A DNA stretch of 64,000 nucleotides from Zeaxanthinibacter sp. (GCA_041743425.1 JBGTMS010000041.1:2107-66106); one strand, 5' to 3'; positions 1 through 9,797 are shown, counted from the stretch's first letter. Notes: a model not told the origin generated them from the sequence alone. A program made the numbers and translations.

Positions 1-305
1 AAGGTTTTCTTATCTACCAGCACTTTTACTTTGGAAGTTTCTATCCAATATTCCGTTTTTGTTTCCCTTGTCTCCAGGAGATTATATCCCCGGCTTGCAT
101 TCTCACTTATCGCGTATGAAAAGTCGTCCTCAAATACGTGTTCCGTTGCGTAACGAAACCGGAAAGCACTATTTCTTAGCACGGTCATTTCGAGAATGAC
201 ACCGTTTTCAGTTGTGAAGAATAATTTATCCGTCTCCTTTTTAAAATGAACTATATGATTCGGATACAGATTTCCTTTGTATTCTAATTCTGTATTGGTA
301 ATCAT
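1..305 (-). CDS. Glycoside hydrolase family 31-like alpha-glucosidase, N-terminal fragment (continues beyond the window edge)
   Basis: ATG at 305-303 on the minus strand, with the frame open to base 1. Translation MITNTELEYKGNLYPNHIVHFKKETDKLFFTTENGVILEMTVLRNSAFRFRYATEHVFEDDFSYAI... resembles the N-terminal beta-sandwich of bacterial GH31 enzymes. It is absent from the ORF track because it is truncated. It lies co-directionally downstream of glgB. Confidence 0.45.
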   Translation of the reverse strand, partial: MITNTELEYKGNLYPNHIVHFKKETDKLFFTTENGVILEMTVLRNSAFRFRYATEHVFEDDFSYAISENASRGYNLLETRETKTEYWIETSKVKVLVDKKT

Positions 306-447
306 CTAAAATGGTTATTTATATCTTGATATCCCTATGAATGTAGGGAGGAAAGATGGGTTAAGCGTAACAAAAAAAAGACATTCACGCGGAAAAAGGA
401 AGAGATATTATCAGCATTTGCGAACTATAACGTTGTAGTATCATTTT

Positions 448-2343
448 TTAGAAAAGAATCGTCACCCCCAGCGGTGGAATCGTTATTTCGACGGATTTCT
501 TATGGCCGTGCCAGGGGGTATTTGATACCTTTATTTTGGGATTTAGTCTGCCACTGCCTCCGTACTTTTCATCATCGCTGTTAAAAATTTCCTTTAATTT
601 GCCCGACTTTGAAATTCCGATCCTGTAATTCTCACGCAACACAGGGGTGAAGTTACATGCGATCAGGAGGTCATTCTTGGCATCATGGCCTTTCCTGGTA
701 AAAGTCAAAACAGAATTTTCATGATCTCCGTAATCAATCCATTGAAATCCTTCGGAACTGAATTGTTTCTCATATAAGGCCGGGTAATCTTTATAAAGTC
801 CGTTGAGGTCCTTCACCCAATTCTGTATCCCCTTATGAAAATCATATTCGGTAAGGTGCCAATCCAGGCTTTGGTTATAATTCCATTCAGAGGATTGGCC
901 GAATTCGGCGCCCATAAACATGAGTTTGGCTCCTGGATGGGTATACATATATCCGAGCATAAGGCGCAGATTGGCAAAGCGCTGCCATTCATCTCCGGGC
1001 ATTTTATAGAGCATCGATTGCTTTCCGTAAACAACTTCATCGTGAGAAAAGGGAAGCATAAAATTTTCTGTGAACGCGTAGGTCATACTAAAGGTAATAT
1101 CATTTTGATGGTGCCTTCTGTATATTGGTTCCTTCTTAAAGTATTCCAGGGTATCATGCATCCAACCCATCATCCATTTCATACCAAAACCCAGCCCTCC
1201 GTATTGTACAGGTCGCGAAACGCCGCTAAAGGCGGTCGATTCTTCGGCGATGGTTTGCACCCCTTCAAAACTCTTATATACCGCCTCATTGAGTTCTCTG
1301 ATAAAAGAAATCGCCTCCAGATTTTCATTATTGCCATATATATTGGGCTCCCATTCGCCGGCTTCCCGGGAATAGTCCAGGTAAAGCATAGAAGCTACTG
1401 CATCGACCCTCAACCCATCTGCATGATACTGATCCAGCCAAAACAGGGCGTTGCTGATAAGAAAGGCCCTCACTTCATTCCGGCCGTAATTAAAAATCAG
1501 GCTTTTCCAGTCAGGGTGATACCCTCTTCGGCGATCGGGATTTTCATACAATTGGGATCCATCAAAAAATCCCAATCCGTGTGCATCCTCGGGAAAATGA
1601 GAGGGTACCCAGTCTAAAATCACCCCTATGTCATTCTGATGCAGTTTATCAATCAGGAGCTTAAAATCTTCCGGCTTTCCAAATCTGGAGGTGGGTGCAA
1701 AATATCCTGTCAACTGATACCCCCAGGACGGATCATAGGGATATTCCATAATAGGCATGAATTCTATATGCGTAAAATTCATCTCCTTAACGTAGGACAC
1801 CAGTTCCTTGGCAAGCTCGGTATAACTTAGGAATTCATTATCGCCTTTTCGCTTCCAGGAGCCCAAATGAACTTCATAAACCGAGTAGGGCCGGTCAAGA
1901 TTGTTTTTTTCACTGCGGTAACCCATCCATTTAGCGTCCTTCCACTTGTATTGGTTGTGCCACACAACCGAAGCCGTATTTGGCGGATGTTCACAATACC
2001 TTGCGAAAGGATCGGCCTTCTCCGTGACGGTGTCATTATTGTGAGAAACGATCTTATACTTGTACCTAGCACCTATCTCTATTCCGGGAATAAATCCTTC
2101 CCAGATCCCGCTCGCATCCCAACGAACATTTAACTTGTGATCCCCCTGGAGCCAATAATTGAAATCCCCGACCACAGAAACGGATTTTGCCGTAGGTGCC
2201 CACACCGCAAAATAAGTGCCTTTTGTGCCGGCCACTTCCATTGGATGGGACCCCAGTTTTTCATAAAGTCGATAGTGCTTTCCTGACTTAAATAAGTCGA
2301 TGTCAAAATCCGTAAATAAACTATGCACTACAACTTTGCTCAT
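448..2343 (-). CDS. glgB: 1,4-alpha-glucan branching enzyme (GH13)
   Basis: 631-aa ORF with full-length similarity to GlgB. It has the N-terminal CBM48-like region (YFAVWAPTAKSVSVVGDFNYW) and GH13 catalytic motifs (DGLRVDAVASMLY, EESTAF, FSHDEVV). Confidence 0.95.
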   Translation of the reverse strand: MSKVVVHSLFTDFDIDLFKSGKHYRLYEKLGSHPMEVAGTKGTYFAVWAPTAKSVSVVGDFNYWLQGDHKLNVRWDASGIWEGFIPGIEIGARYKYKIVSHNNDTVTEKADPFARYCEHPPNTASVVWHNQYKWKDAKWMGYRSEKNNLDRPYSVYEVHLGSWKRKGDNEFLSYTELAKELVSYVKEMNFTHIEFMPIMEYPYDPSWGYQLTGYFAPTSRFGKPEDFKLLIDKLHQNDIGVILDWVPSHFPEDAHGLGFFDGSQLYENPDRRRGYHPDWKSLIFNYGRNEVRAFLISNALFWLDQYHADGLRVDAVASMLYLDYSREAGEWEPNIYGNNENLEAISFIRELNEAVYKSFEGVQTIAEESTAFSGVSRPVQYGGLGFGMKWMMGWMHDTLEYFKKEPIYRRHHQNDITFSMTYAFTENFMLPFSHDEVVYGKQSMLYKMPGDEWQRFANLRLMLGYMYTHPGAKLMFMGAEFGQSSEWNYNQSLDWHLTEYDFHKGIQNWVKDLNGLYKDYPALYEKQFSSEGFQWIDYGDHENSVLTFTRKGHDAKNDLLIACNFTPVLRENYRIGISKSGKLKEIFNSDDEKYGGSGRLNPKIKVSNTPWHGHKKSVEITIPPLGVTILF

Positions 2344-2354
2344 AAAAGATAATT

Positions 2355-3989
2355 TTAGATTTTGTCGTTAATAATGCCCATAATGCCTTCCAGGGGTATG
2401 ACGGCCCATCTTGGCCGCGAGTTCATTTCATAACCCAACTCATAGACCGCTTTTTCGAGCATACAGTATTGCAGGATAAAGATGCGTTCCTGGCTGTATC
2501 CTATGTTCAGATTGTGTTTTTGTATAAGGGCGGTGTAGACCTCAAGAAAGACCCCTATAAAATAACGGTAGAGTACCTCTCCTGCTTTAAAGAGCTGCTC
2601 CTGTTCGTACGGGTATTTCTCTCCCTTATTAAATATAGTTGCATAAACCACATAATGAAAGGAGCGAAAAATCCCTGCGATATCCTTGAGCGGGGGCTGT
2701 TTGACCTTTCGGTCGCGGATGGTACTCTCCGGTTCCCCCTCAAAATCCAGCAGGTAAAAGTCGTTGTCTTTCACGAGCACTTGTCCCAGATGGTAGTCAC
2801 CGTGCACCCGGATCCGTTCGCCCTTAAGTTTGGTCCAGTCAAATGTCATGAACCGCTTCCTGATCTCGTTTTTGCGCTCCAGAAATTCCTGTGCGAGTTC
2901 AAGTGCACGACCTTCCAACCGGTGCAACTGATTCTCCACTGTATTAAGACGGTTCTGGAACTGGTACAGCAATCGGTTCTTTAACCATACTTCATAATCC
3001 CCGTTAAAATGGGTCGGAGTAAATCCTGTATCCTCAAATTCGGAACCTAAAGCAATATGCATCTCTGCCGTTCTTGTTGCCAGAACCTGTAGCCTGAGAA
3101 AAATACTCAACCCTGCCCAATCAATGATTTCCGGAGGCACGTCCTGAATCTTAAGGCGTTGGAACATAGGGACAAGGGGAAGCTTGTTAACCTCAATATG
3201 CTTGTACTCCAGGTTGCAGAAAATTTTATGAACCTCCTGCAGCAAGTATTCCCAGGCATCACCCTGATTAGGTACAAGCTCCTGCATCAGTGCAATAGTG
3301 ATGTTCACATTATTGGCGTCCATGATATTGATGCTTCCCTGGTAGGCCGGTGTATTCGCAAATCCCTTTCGTTCGGAGAGAAAGCGACTCATTTCATATT
3401 CCGGGTTCTTATCGGCAAAGATCCGTCTGAAGAATTTGATCACAGAGGCATCGTTTATGACCACAGAAGTATTGCTCTGTTCAAGTCCCATAAGCCTGGA
3501 CGACTTATATTCGGTATCTGCAAAGTTGGTGCTTTTGTGATATTGAACCCTTGTGGTATCATTGGGCTCTGCGTTGCGGATCCTTTCAAAAACTAGTTTT
3601 CTGAATGCCTCCAGATTAAGAGCGTCTATGATAAAGCCCTTTTGTCCATTGATGGTAACCGGAAGTATCCGGTCCTTTTCCGCAAAAGATTCATCTGATA
3701 CAAATGCGATAGGCAGAAAGTAATGCTGATAAAAAGCTTCCTCGAAATTAACTTCAAGCAATAGGCCATAGTAGACCTCTTCCTTTTGCTGTATTCTGAA
3801 ATATTCCTGAAGTTCAATATATTTCAATTTACTGGATTTGCCTCCATACCAGCGTTGGTGCAGGACATATTCTTCAAGGACATCTGAAAGAAATACCTTA
3901 ACAAATTCTTTATGTTCAAGGAGTTCCTCCCACCGAACATCAAAGACATAAGGTGGTTGTAAAATGGACTCCTGCTTTTTCTTCGCCAT
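2355..3989 (-). CDS. mak: Maltokinase (Mak/Pep2-type, the domain usually fused to trehalose synthase)
   Basis: 544-aa ORF with the RWYGGK motif near the N-terminus and kinase-fold motifs HGDYHLGQVL and DFEGEP. It sits between glgE and glgB with gaps of 2 nt and 11 nt. Confidence 0.8.
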   Translation of the reverse strand: MAKKKQESILQPPYVFDVRWEELLEHKEFVKVFLSDVLEEYVLHQRWYGGKSSKLKYIELQEYFRIQQKEEVYYGLLLEVNFEEAFYQHYFLPIAFVSDESFAEKDRILPVTINGQKGFIIDALNLEAFRKLVFERIRNAEPNDTTRVQYHKSTNFADTEYKSSRLMGLEQSNTSVVINDASVIKFFRRIFADKNPEYEMSRFLSERKGFANTPAYQGSINIMDANNVNITIALMQELVPNQGDAWEYLLQEVHKIFCNLEYKHIEVNKLPLVPMFQRLKIQDVPPEIIDWAGLSIFLRLQVLATRTAEMHIALGSEFEDTGFTPTHFNGDYEVWLKNRLLYQFQNRLNTVENQLHRLEGRALELAQEFLERKNEIRKRFMTFDWTKLKGERIRVHGDYHLGQVLVKDNDFYLLDFEGEPESTIRDRKVKQPPLKDIAGIFRSFHYVVYATIFNKGEKYPYEQEQLFKAGEVLYRYFIGVFLEVYTALIQKHNLNIGYSQERIFILQYCMLEKAVYELGYEMNSRPRWAVIPLEGIMGIINDKI

Positions 3990-3991
3990 GT

Positions 3992-5941
3992 CTATTTTTT
4001 AATATGGAAAAAATGGAAAGGCAAGGCCGGATGCAGTTCCACAAAATTCCACTCTGTGGACCAGACATATCCATTGTCGGTTATGAGGTCATGAATCCCG
4101 AATGCCTGACCCTGCGAAATAGCGAGTTCATGCAGTGGTAGTTGGAGATAACCCCTCTGCGCGTAATGCGGGTCAAGACTGATCACAATAAGCAGCTCAT
4201 CGGACTTGTCTTCATTCCATTTGTAAAATGCAATAATGTTTGGATTCTCTATAAACAGAAAACGGAGATTGTTGGTTTGCTGCAGCGCTTCATGTTCTTT
4301 CCTGATGGCATTTATTTTCGTAATAAGGTAAGTGATCTTGTTTTCCCGGGACCAGTCCCAATGTCTGATTTCGTATTTTTCACAATTGAGGTACTCCTCC
4401 TTACCCGGCATAGCATCGGTAGCCATATATTCAAAAACAGGTCCGTAAATACCTATATTCCCGCATAGCGCCGCAGCCAGGGAATATCGGATCAGGTGCA
4501 TAGCCTCATTCGCTCCCTGAAGATGATACGGATTGATATCAGGTGTATTGGGCCAGAAGTTGGGACGAAAGTATTCTTTCATCTCTCCTTGTGTCAACTC
4601 TGTAAGATAGGTTTCAAATTCGTGCTTTTGTTCCCGCCAGGTAAAGTAGGTATAAGATTGTGAAAACCCTTGCTTGGCAAGCTGCTGCATTACTTTGGGC
4701 CTTGAAAATGCTTCTGCGAGAAAGAGCACATCGGGATATTTAGATTTTACCTCGTCAATCAGCCAGTTCCAGAAATAATAGGGTTTCGTGTGCGGATTAT
4801 CGACCCTGAAGATGCGGATCCCCAGCTTTACCCAGTGCATTGTTACTTTAAGCAATTCTGACCATAACGCCTTGTAAGCTTTAGTTTCAAAATTGAAATT
4901 GACAATGTCCTGATACTTTTTAGGGGGATTTTCAGCATATTGGATGGTCCCATCAGGGCGTTTCCTGAACCATTCTGCATGCTCACTTACATAAGGATGA
5001 TCCGGTGCCGCCTGAAAAGCGAGGTCCATAGCAATCTCAAGGCCTAGACTTCCCGCCATTTTAATAAGTGCTGAGAACGATTCCTCCGTTCCCAGTTCAG
5101 GGTGGATAGAGGTATGACCCCCAAAAGAGGAACCTATGGCCCAGGGAACTCCGGAATCGCCTTCGCCGGCGTTTGTGGCATTATTCTTCCCCTTTCTGAA
5201 TACTTGCCCAATGGGATGGATGGGAGGAAAATACAAGGTATCAAACCCCATTTGGGCAATTCTTGGAAGTAGCTGCATGCAATCCTCAAAAGTACCATGA
5301 TTCCCGGGCTGAGGCGATGCTGATCGTGGGAAGAATTCATACCATGTGCTGAAATTCGCCTTTTTACGGTCTACGTATACTTTTAATTCTACACTTGAAT
5401 TAGCAAGCAGTCGTTGGGGATATTCTGTGAAGAAAAGTTGCAGTTTTTCGGAAGTTGCTACCATGATGGCGGCATCATAATGTGCCTCGTCCTGAAATTC
5501 TTCAATCCATTGCACTACGTTAACATTTTCCTTTTGTGGAACTACACCGGCAATGTAATTAAGATACTGTACCCCGTCAAGCAATTCACTCCGAACATGC
5601 TGCCGGTCTTTTAATTTTGCGGCAATACCATGTTGCCAGTTTAAGGCCTGATCTACCCAGGCGTCAACCTTGTAGTAATAAAAGCCCTGTTTATCTGTAT
5701 TAAAGGAAGCCGTGAACTCATCCTGACCCTGGTGTTGCATCCGGACCGTTCTGAATTTTTTTTCCTTTTCATGGCGGTACAAGACCTCGGCCTGTATGAC
5801 ATCATGGCCATCCGGAACCACATCTGCCGTCACTTGTACCCTTTCCCCGATAACCCGCTTTATAAAATAGGCACCACATTGCAATTGCGGCCTTAGGTTT
5901 TCAATAATTACCCTTTCCTGTTTCATTCTGGTTGGTTCCAT
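3992..5941 (-). CDS. glgE: Alpha-1,4-glucan:maltose-1-phosphate maltosyltransferase
   Basis: 649-aa ORF. The N-terminus (VIIENLRPQLQCGAYFIKRVIGERVQVTADVVPDGHDV) and the GH13_3-type core (FRVDNPHTKP, LFLAEAF) are typical of GlgE. Confidence 0.9.
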   Translation of the reverse strand: MEPTRMKQERVIIENLRPQLQCGAYFIKRVIGERVQVTADVVPDGHDVIQAEVLYRHEKEKKFRTVRMQHQGQDEFTASFNTDKQGFYYYKVDAWVDQALNWQHGIAAKLKDRQHVRSELLDGVQYLNYIAGVVPQKENVNVVQWIEEFQDEAHYDAAIMVATSEKLQLFFTEYPQRLLANSSVELKVYVDRKKANFSTWYEFFPRSASPQPGNHGTFEDCMQLLPRIAQMGFDTLYFPPIHPIGQVFRKGKNNATNAGEGDSGVPWAIGSSFGGHTSIHPELGTEESFSALIKMAGSLGLEIAMDLAFQAAPDHPYVSEHAEWFRKRPDGTIQYAENPPKKYQDIVNFNFETKAYKALWSELLKVTMHWVKLGIRIFRVDNPHTKPYYFWNWLIDEVKSKYPDVLFLAEAFSRPKVMQQLAKQGFSQSYTYFTWREQKHEFETYLTELTQGEMKEYFRPNFWPNTPDINPYHLQGANEAMHLIRYSLAAALCGNIGIYGPVFEYMATDAMPGKEEYLNCEKYEIRHWDWSRENKITYLITKINAIRKEHEALQQTNNLRFLFIENPNIIAFYKWNEDKSDELLIVISLDPHYAQRGYLQLPLHELAISQGQAFGIHDLITDNGYVWSTEWNFVELHPALPFHFFHIKK

Positions 5942-6112
5942 TGGAATTTGTTAAAAGTAGGGAATTCTCCCAAAACATGAATTGGTTCTCTGACTTTTTT
6001 AGCAGCCGGTAGCACTCCCACTCCTCCCGATGCATTTTTGGAACGCTTTTTGAAATAGCAATGAGGTGCCGGGCATTTTGGAGCGTCCCGGAGAAACCTA
6101 AAATTAAAAATT

Positions 6113-6670
6113 ATGAAAAGTACGGTACAAATTGCAGGCATTTTCCTTTTGGTACTCTTATCCTCCTGTGAAGGTCCTGCAGGCCCTCCGGGATTTGATG
6201 GGCGGGACGGGGCCGATGGTCTGGACGGGGTGAATATCCTTGGACAGGTCTATGAGGTGGAGGGTGATTTAAATTCCTCCAATGACTATTCCCTGTTCAG
6301 TGAATTTCCACAAACCATTGAGGTTTTCGAATCGGATGTTGTTCTGGTCTTTTTGTTATGGGATCAGACAGAGGATGGAAATGGAGACCCGGTTGACATC
6401 TGGAGGCTGTTACCACAAACGCGACTTATCGATCAGGGCATCCTGCAATATAACTATGATCATACCTTTCTGGATGTGAATATTTTTCTCGAAGCCGATT
6501 TTGATCTCGCTACGCTGCAGCCCGGTGATACAGATAACCAGGTATTCCGGATCGCAATCATGCCCGCAGATTTTGCAGATTCAGCCAACATAGATACCGC
6601 CAACCTGGCACAGGTGATGGGCTCGCTGAATATAAGTGAAGAGCAGATAGAGCGTATTCCAAGGGACTAG
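6113..6670 (+). CDS. Lipoprotein with a short collagen-like G-X-Y stretch, function unknown
   Basis: Signal peptide plus lipobox (LLSSC), followed immediately by six G-X-Y triplets (GPAGPPGFDGRDGADGLDG) and then an acidic globular region. Confidence 0.6.
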   Translation: MKSTVQIAGIFLLVLLSSCEGPAGPPGFDGRDGADGLDGVNILGQVYEVEGDLNSSNDYSLFSEFPQTIEVFESDVVLVFLLWDQTEDGNGDPVDIWRLLPQTRLIDQGILQYNYDHTFLDVNIFLEADFDLATLQPGDTDNQVFRIAIMPADFADSANIDTANLAQVMGSLNISEEQIERIPRD

Positions 6671-6780
6671 CCAGTATAAGGATTATAGGGATTTCGGAAA
6701 GTGTGAGGGATATGCTGTCATTTCTGCTATTTATCTGAAAGGATTTTATCAGAACCACGTCTAAAAGAAAAATTGTTAAT

Positions 6781-7278
6781 ATGTTAAAGCAAATAATCTG
6801 CGCTTCCATACTCCTCTTCATAGGATGCAAGGGGGTGTCACAGGAGAAGGAAATGATGGCTGAAGAAACGGCTGGAAAAGAATCTGAATTCAAGGTGAGT
6901 AAGACAGAGTCGGAGTGGAAATCCGAACTCACTGATATGCAATTTTATATTCTAAGGAAGGCCGGAACTGAGAATCCCGGTTCCAGCGAATTATTGGATA
7001 ATAAGAAAAAAGGGATCTATGTTTGTGCTGCCTGTCAGACCCCGCTTTTTGAAAGCGAATATAAATTCGATTCCGGCACCGGATGGCCAAGTTTTGACCG
7101 GGCTATAAAGAACAACGTTGCTTATGATGTCGATTACAAAGTGGGCTACAAGAGGACTGAAGAGCACTGTGCCACATGCGGCGGCCATCTGGGCCATGTA
7201 TTTGATGACGGCCCGTCCGCGACTACTGGTAAGCGCCATTGCATCAACGGGGCCGCGCTTGCCTTTGTACCTGAATAG
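6781..7278 (+). CDS. msrB: Peptide-methionine (R)-S-oxide reductase, exported/lipoprotein form
   Basis: SelR/MsrB core with two CxxC pairs (CAACQTPLF, CATCGGHLGHVFDDGP) and the RHCINGAAL catalytic Cys motif. N-terminal signal or lipobox (LLFIGC). Confidence 0.92.
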   Translation: MLKQIICASILLFIGCKGVSQEKEMMAEETAGKESEFKVSKTESEWKSELTDMQFYILRKAGTENPGSSELLDNKKKGIYVCAACQTPLFESEYKFDSGTGWPSFDRAIKNNVAYDVDYKVGYKRTEEHCATCGGHLGHVFDDGPSATTGKRHCINGAALAFVPE

Positions 7279-7527
7279 CCTCAAAAGTCCTTTCCTGGTT
7301 CCGACCCGCGATTAATCACTTTGGACTTCCTGACATGGAGAAAGTTTCCATAAGGCGAACTGATCTGTCAGCCGCTTCTATCGGTCATTCCTTCACGGCC
7401 ACCGGCAATGCCCTTCGAACAAAAATCGCTTTCGGACTCTTTTTTCACAGGTCCAAGGCCTTTATTGGCAATCAATGAATTCCAATGAGGGTTCCGGATT
7501 TTATCTTCACCTTTGGGTTTGGTTTTG

Positions 7528-7535
7528 TAACTTTG
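7528..7535 (+). promoter_or_regulatory. Bacteroidota-type -7 promoter box (TAACTTTG) upstream of lpd
   Basis: Exact match to the TAnnTTTG consensus, 35 nt upstream of the lpd ATG. TTTG-containing sequence lies about 15-20 nt further upstream. Confidence 0.35.
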
Positions 7536-7569
7536 GCACTTCACATTTGACCACCATTAAAATTAATAT

Positions 7570-8961
7570 ATGAGCACTTTTGATGTTATCGTATTAGGGA
7601 GCGGACCCGGCGGGTATGTAACGGCCATCAGGGCGTCCCAATTGGGATTAAAGACAGCTATCATCGAGAAGGAAAGTCTTGGAGGGGTGTGTCTTAACTG
7701 GGGGTGTATCCCAACAAAAGCCCTTATAAAATCGGCCCAGGTTTTTGAGTATTTGAATCACGCCAAGGATTATGGTCTTCAGGTAGAAGGTGTTGATAAG
7801 GATTTCAGCGCTGTTATTAAAAGAAGCAGGGGTGTGGCAGACGGAATGAGCAAGGGGGTTCAATTTCTCATGAACAAAAATAAAATTGAGGTGATATCCG
7901 GGTTTGGAAAGTTAAAACCTGGGAAAAAGGTAGGAGTCAAAGGAGAGGACGGCAATGAAAAGGAATACAGCGCGGAACATATCATTATCGCCACCGGAGC
8001 ACGAAGCAGGGAGTTGCCAAGTCTTCCTCAGGATGGTAAGAAGATCATCGGGTATCGTGAGGCAATGAGTCTGGAATCGCAGCCTGATAAAATGATTGTG
8101 GTCGGGAGCGGTGCCATTGGAATGGAATTCGCTTATTTCTACAATGCGCTGGGTACTGAAGTCACCGTTGTGGAATTCCTGCCCAATGTGGTTCCTGTGG
8201 AAGATGAAGACATTTCCAGGCAATTGGAAAAAAGTTTTAAAAAATCGGGCATACGCATCATGACTTCCTCAGAGGTTACCGGGGTTGACACTTCAGGGAA
8301 ATTGGTAAAAGCTACAGTAAAAACCTCGAAAGGGCAGGAAGTTCTGGAGGCAGATATCGTTCTGTCTGCCGTAGGCATCAAAACAAATATTGAGAAAATC
8401 GGGCTAGAGGAAGTCGGAATAACTATCGAGAAAGACAAAATTCAGGTAAATGCATTTTATGAAACCAATATAAAAGGCTATTACGCTATCGGGGACGTGA
8501 CCCCCGGACCGGCCCTTGCCCATGTTGCCTCAGCCGAGGGTATCCTCTGTGTTGAAAAAATTGCAGGAATGCATGTAGAGCCCCTGGATTACGGTAATAT
8601 TCCCGGCTGTACTTATTGCATTCCCGAAGTGGCCTCTGTTGGTATGACTGAAAAAATGGCCCGCGAAAAAGGATATGACATCAAGGTTGGAAAATTTCCT
8701 TTTTCAGCAAACGGAAAAGCAAAAGCGGCAGGTACCCCGGATGGATTTGTGAAGGTGATTTTCGATGCCAAGTATGGGGAATGGCTGGGTTGCCATATGA
8801 TCGGCGCTGGAGTTACTGATATGATCGCCGAAGCAGTAGTGGCACGAAAGCTCGAAACAACAGGTCATGAAGTGCTTAAATCTGTACACCCGCACCCTAC
8901 GATGAGTGAGGCTGTCATGGAGGCAGTTGCCGAGGCGTATGGTGAGGTCATACACTTATAA
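7570..8961 (+). CDS. lpdA: Dihydrolipoyl dehydrogenase (E3 component)
   Basis: FAD-binding motif GSGPGGY, redox-active disulfide GGVCLNWGCIPTK, a second dinucleotide fold GSGAIGMEFA and the C-terminal HPHPTMSE interface motif. Confidence 0.95.
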   Translation: MSTFDVIVLGSGPGGYVTAIRASQLGLKTAIIEKESLGGVCLNWGCIPTKALIKSAQVFEYLNHAKDYGLQVEGVDKDFSAVIKRSRGVADGMSKGVQFLMNKNKIEVISGFGKLKPGKKVGVKGEDGNEKEYSAEHIIIATGARSRELPSLPQDGKKIIGYREAMSLESQPDKMIVVGSGAIGMEFAYFYNALGTEVTVVEFLPNVVPVEDEDISRQLEKSFKKSGIRIMTSSEVTGVDTSGKLVKATVKTSKGQEVLEADIVLSAVGIKTNIEKIGLEEVGITIEKDKIQVNAFYETNIKGYYAIGDVTPGPALAHVASAEGILCVEKIAGMHVEPLDYGNIPGCTYCIPEVASVGMTEKMAREKGYDIKVGKFPFSANGKAKAAGTPDGFVKVIFDAKYGEWLGCHMIGAGVTDMIAEAVVARKLETTGHEVLKSVHPHPTMSEAVMEAVAEAYGEVIHL

Positions 8962-9036
8962 GAGCACATTTATTTGTTGCCTTTTGGTACAGAAATTTTT
9001 CTGAACCGGCTGGGAAATGTGATAAAGAAGCACAAC

Positions 9037-9321
9037 ATGTTAAAAATCTTCAGGACGATCGCAATCGGGGAAGGAATTACCTATTTATTGTTATTCGGTT
9101 TAAGCATGCCTTTAAAATATTGGGCAAGGATTCCTGAACCTAATCTGTACGTGGGCTATGCGCACGGCTTTTTATTCATTGCATACATCATTCTGGTGGT
9201 GGTCTTTTGCATTGAAAAAAAATGGAATTTCAGGCGGTTTGCTATTCTAAGCGTCGCCTCTCTGTTACCATTCGGTACCTTTTATATTGAACAAAAATAC
9301 CTCAGGAATTTATCGGCTTAA
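9037..9321 (+). CDS. DUF3817 family small membrane protein
   Basis: MLKIFRTIAIGEGITYLLLFGLSMPLKYW...HGFLFIAY...LLPFGTFYIEQKYL matches the DUF3817 pattern. I chose the internal ATG at 9037 rather than the track start at 8974. Confidence 0.7.
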   Translation: MLKIFRTIAIGEGITYLLLFGLSMPLKYWARIPEPNLYVGYAHGFLFIAYIILVVVFCIEKKWNFRRFAILSVASLLPFGTFYIEQKYLRNLSA

Positions 9322-9729
9322 AAAGCTCCGGATCGCGAGGTCATAACCTAACAGGCCAAACCCAACAATAACACCCGCGGCATTGGCAGAAATGTAGGAA
9401 TGCTGTCTGAATTCTTCGCGCTGATGGACATTCGAGATATGTACTTCTACCACGGGGGTGTCAATGGCCTTCACCGCATCTCCAATTCCTATGGAGGTAT
9501 GAGTGTAAGCGGCGGCATTCAGAATGATACCGTCATACCCGAATCCGACTTCCTGAAGTTTATCTATGATCTCCCCCTCTATATTGGACTGATAATAGTC
9601 CAGTTGAACCTTGCCGAAGCGCTGCTGTAATCCTGAAAAATAGTCTTCAAAGCTGGTGTTTCCATATATGTCGGGTTCCCTTTTGCCCAGTAGATTCAGG
9701 TTGGGTCCGTTGATAATAATAATAGTCAT
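9310..9729 (-). CDS. aroQ: Type II 3-dehydroquinate dehydratase
   Basis: 139 aa, with IIINGPNLNLLGKREPDIYG and HISNVHQREEFR motifs. The 3' end overlaps the convergent DUF3817 gene by 12 nt. Confidence 0.95.
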   Translation of the reverse strand: MTIIIINGPNLNLLGKREPDIYGNTSFEDYFSGLQQRFGKVQLDYYQSNIEGEIIDKLQEVGFGYDGIILNAAAYTHTSIGIGDAVKAIDTPVVEVHISNVHQREEFRQHSYISANAAGVIVGFGLLGYDLAIRSFLSR

Positions 9730-9797
9730 ATTGCCATTTCATTTACTCAATGTCCCGGGACGTTCGTGCTCCGATTCTCGTCCGGTAAAGGCTTCTC

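Noticed and set aside
835-1617. Long antisense ORFs inside well-supported genes: the 260-aa ORF opposite glgB, plus 14760-15326, 16233-16748, 25941-26435, 30015-30569, 34083-34673 and 45901-46482.
   Set aside because: Each lies fully inside a gene with strong family motifs on the other strand. The translations are low-complexity or Ser/Arg/Pro-rich with no recognisable motifs. Long open antisense frames are a known by-product of codon bias, so I treat these as shadow ORFs.
7368-7544. A 58-codon minus-strand ORF (GTG start; ...KPKGEDKIRNPHWNSLIANKGLGPVKKESESDFCSKGIAGGREGMTDRSG) in the 290-bp gap upstream of lpd.
   Set aside because: It has no ATG start and overlaps the predicted lpd promoter box. 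An ORF of about 47 codons is also open on the opposite strand here, and I recognise no family. A homology search could revive it, but I cannot support it from sequence alone.
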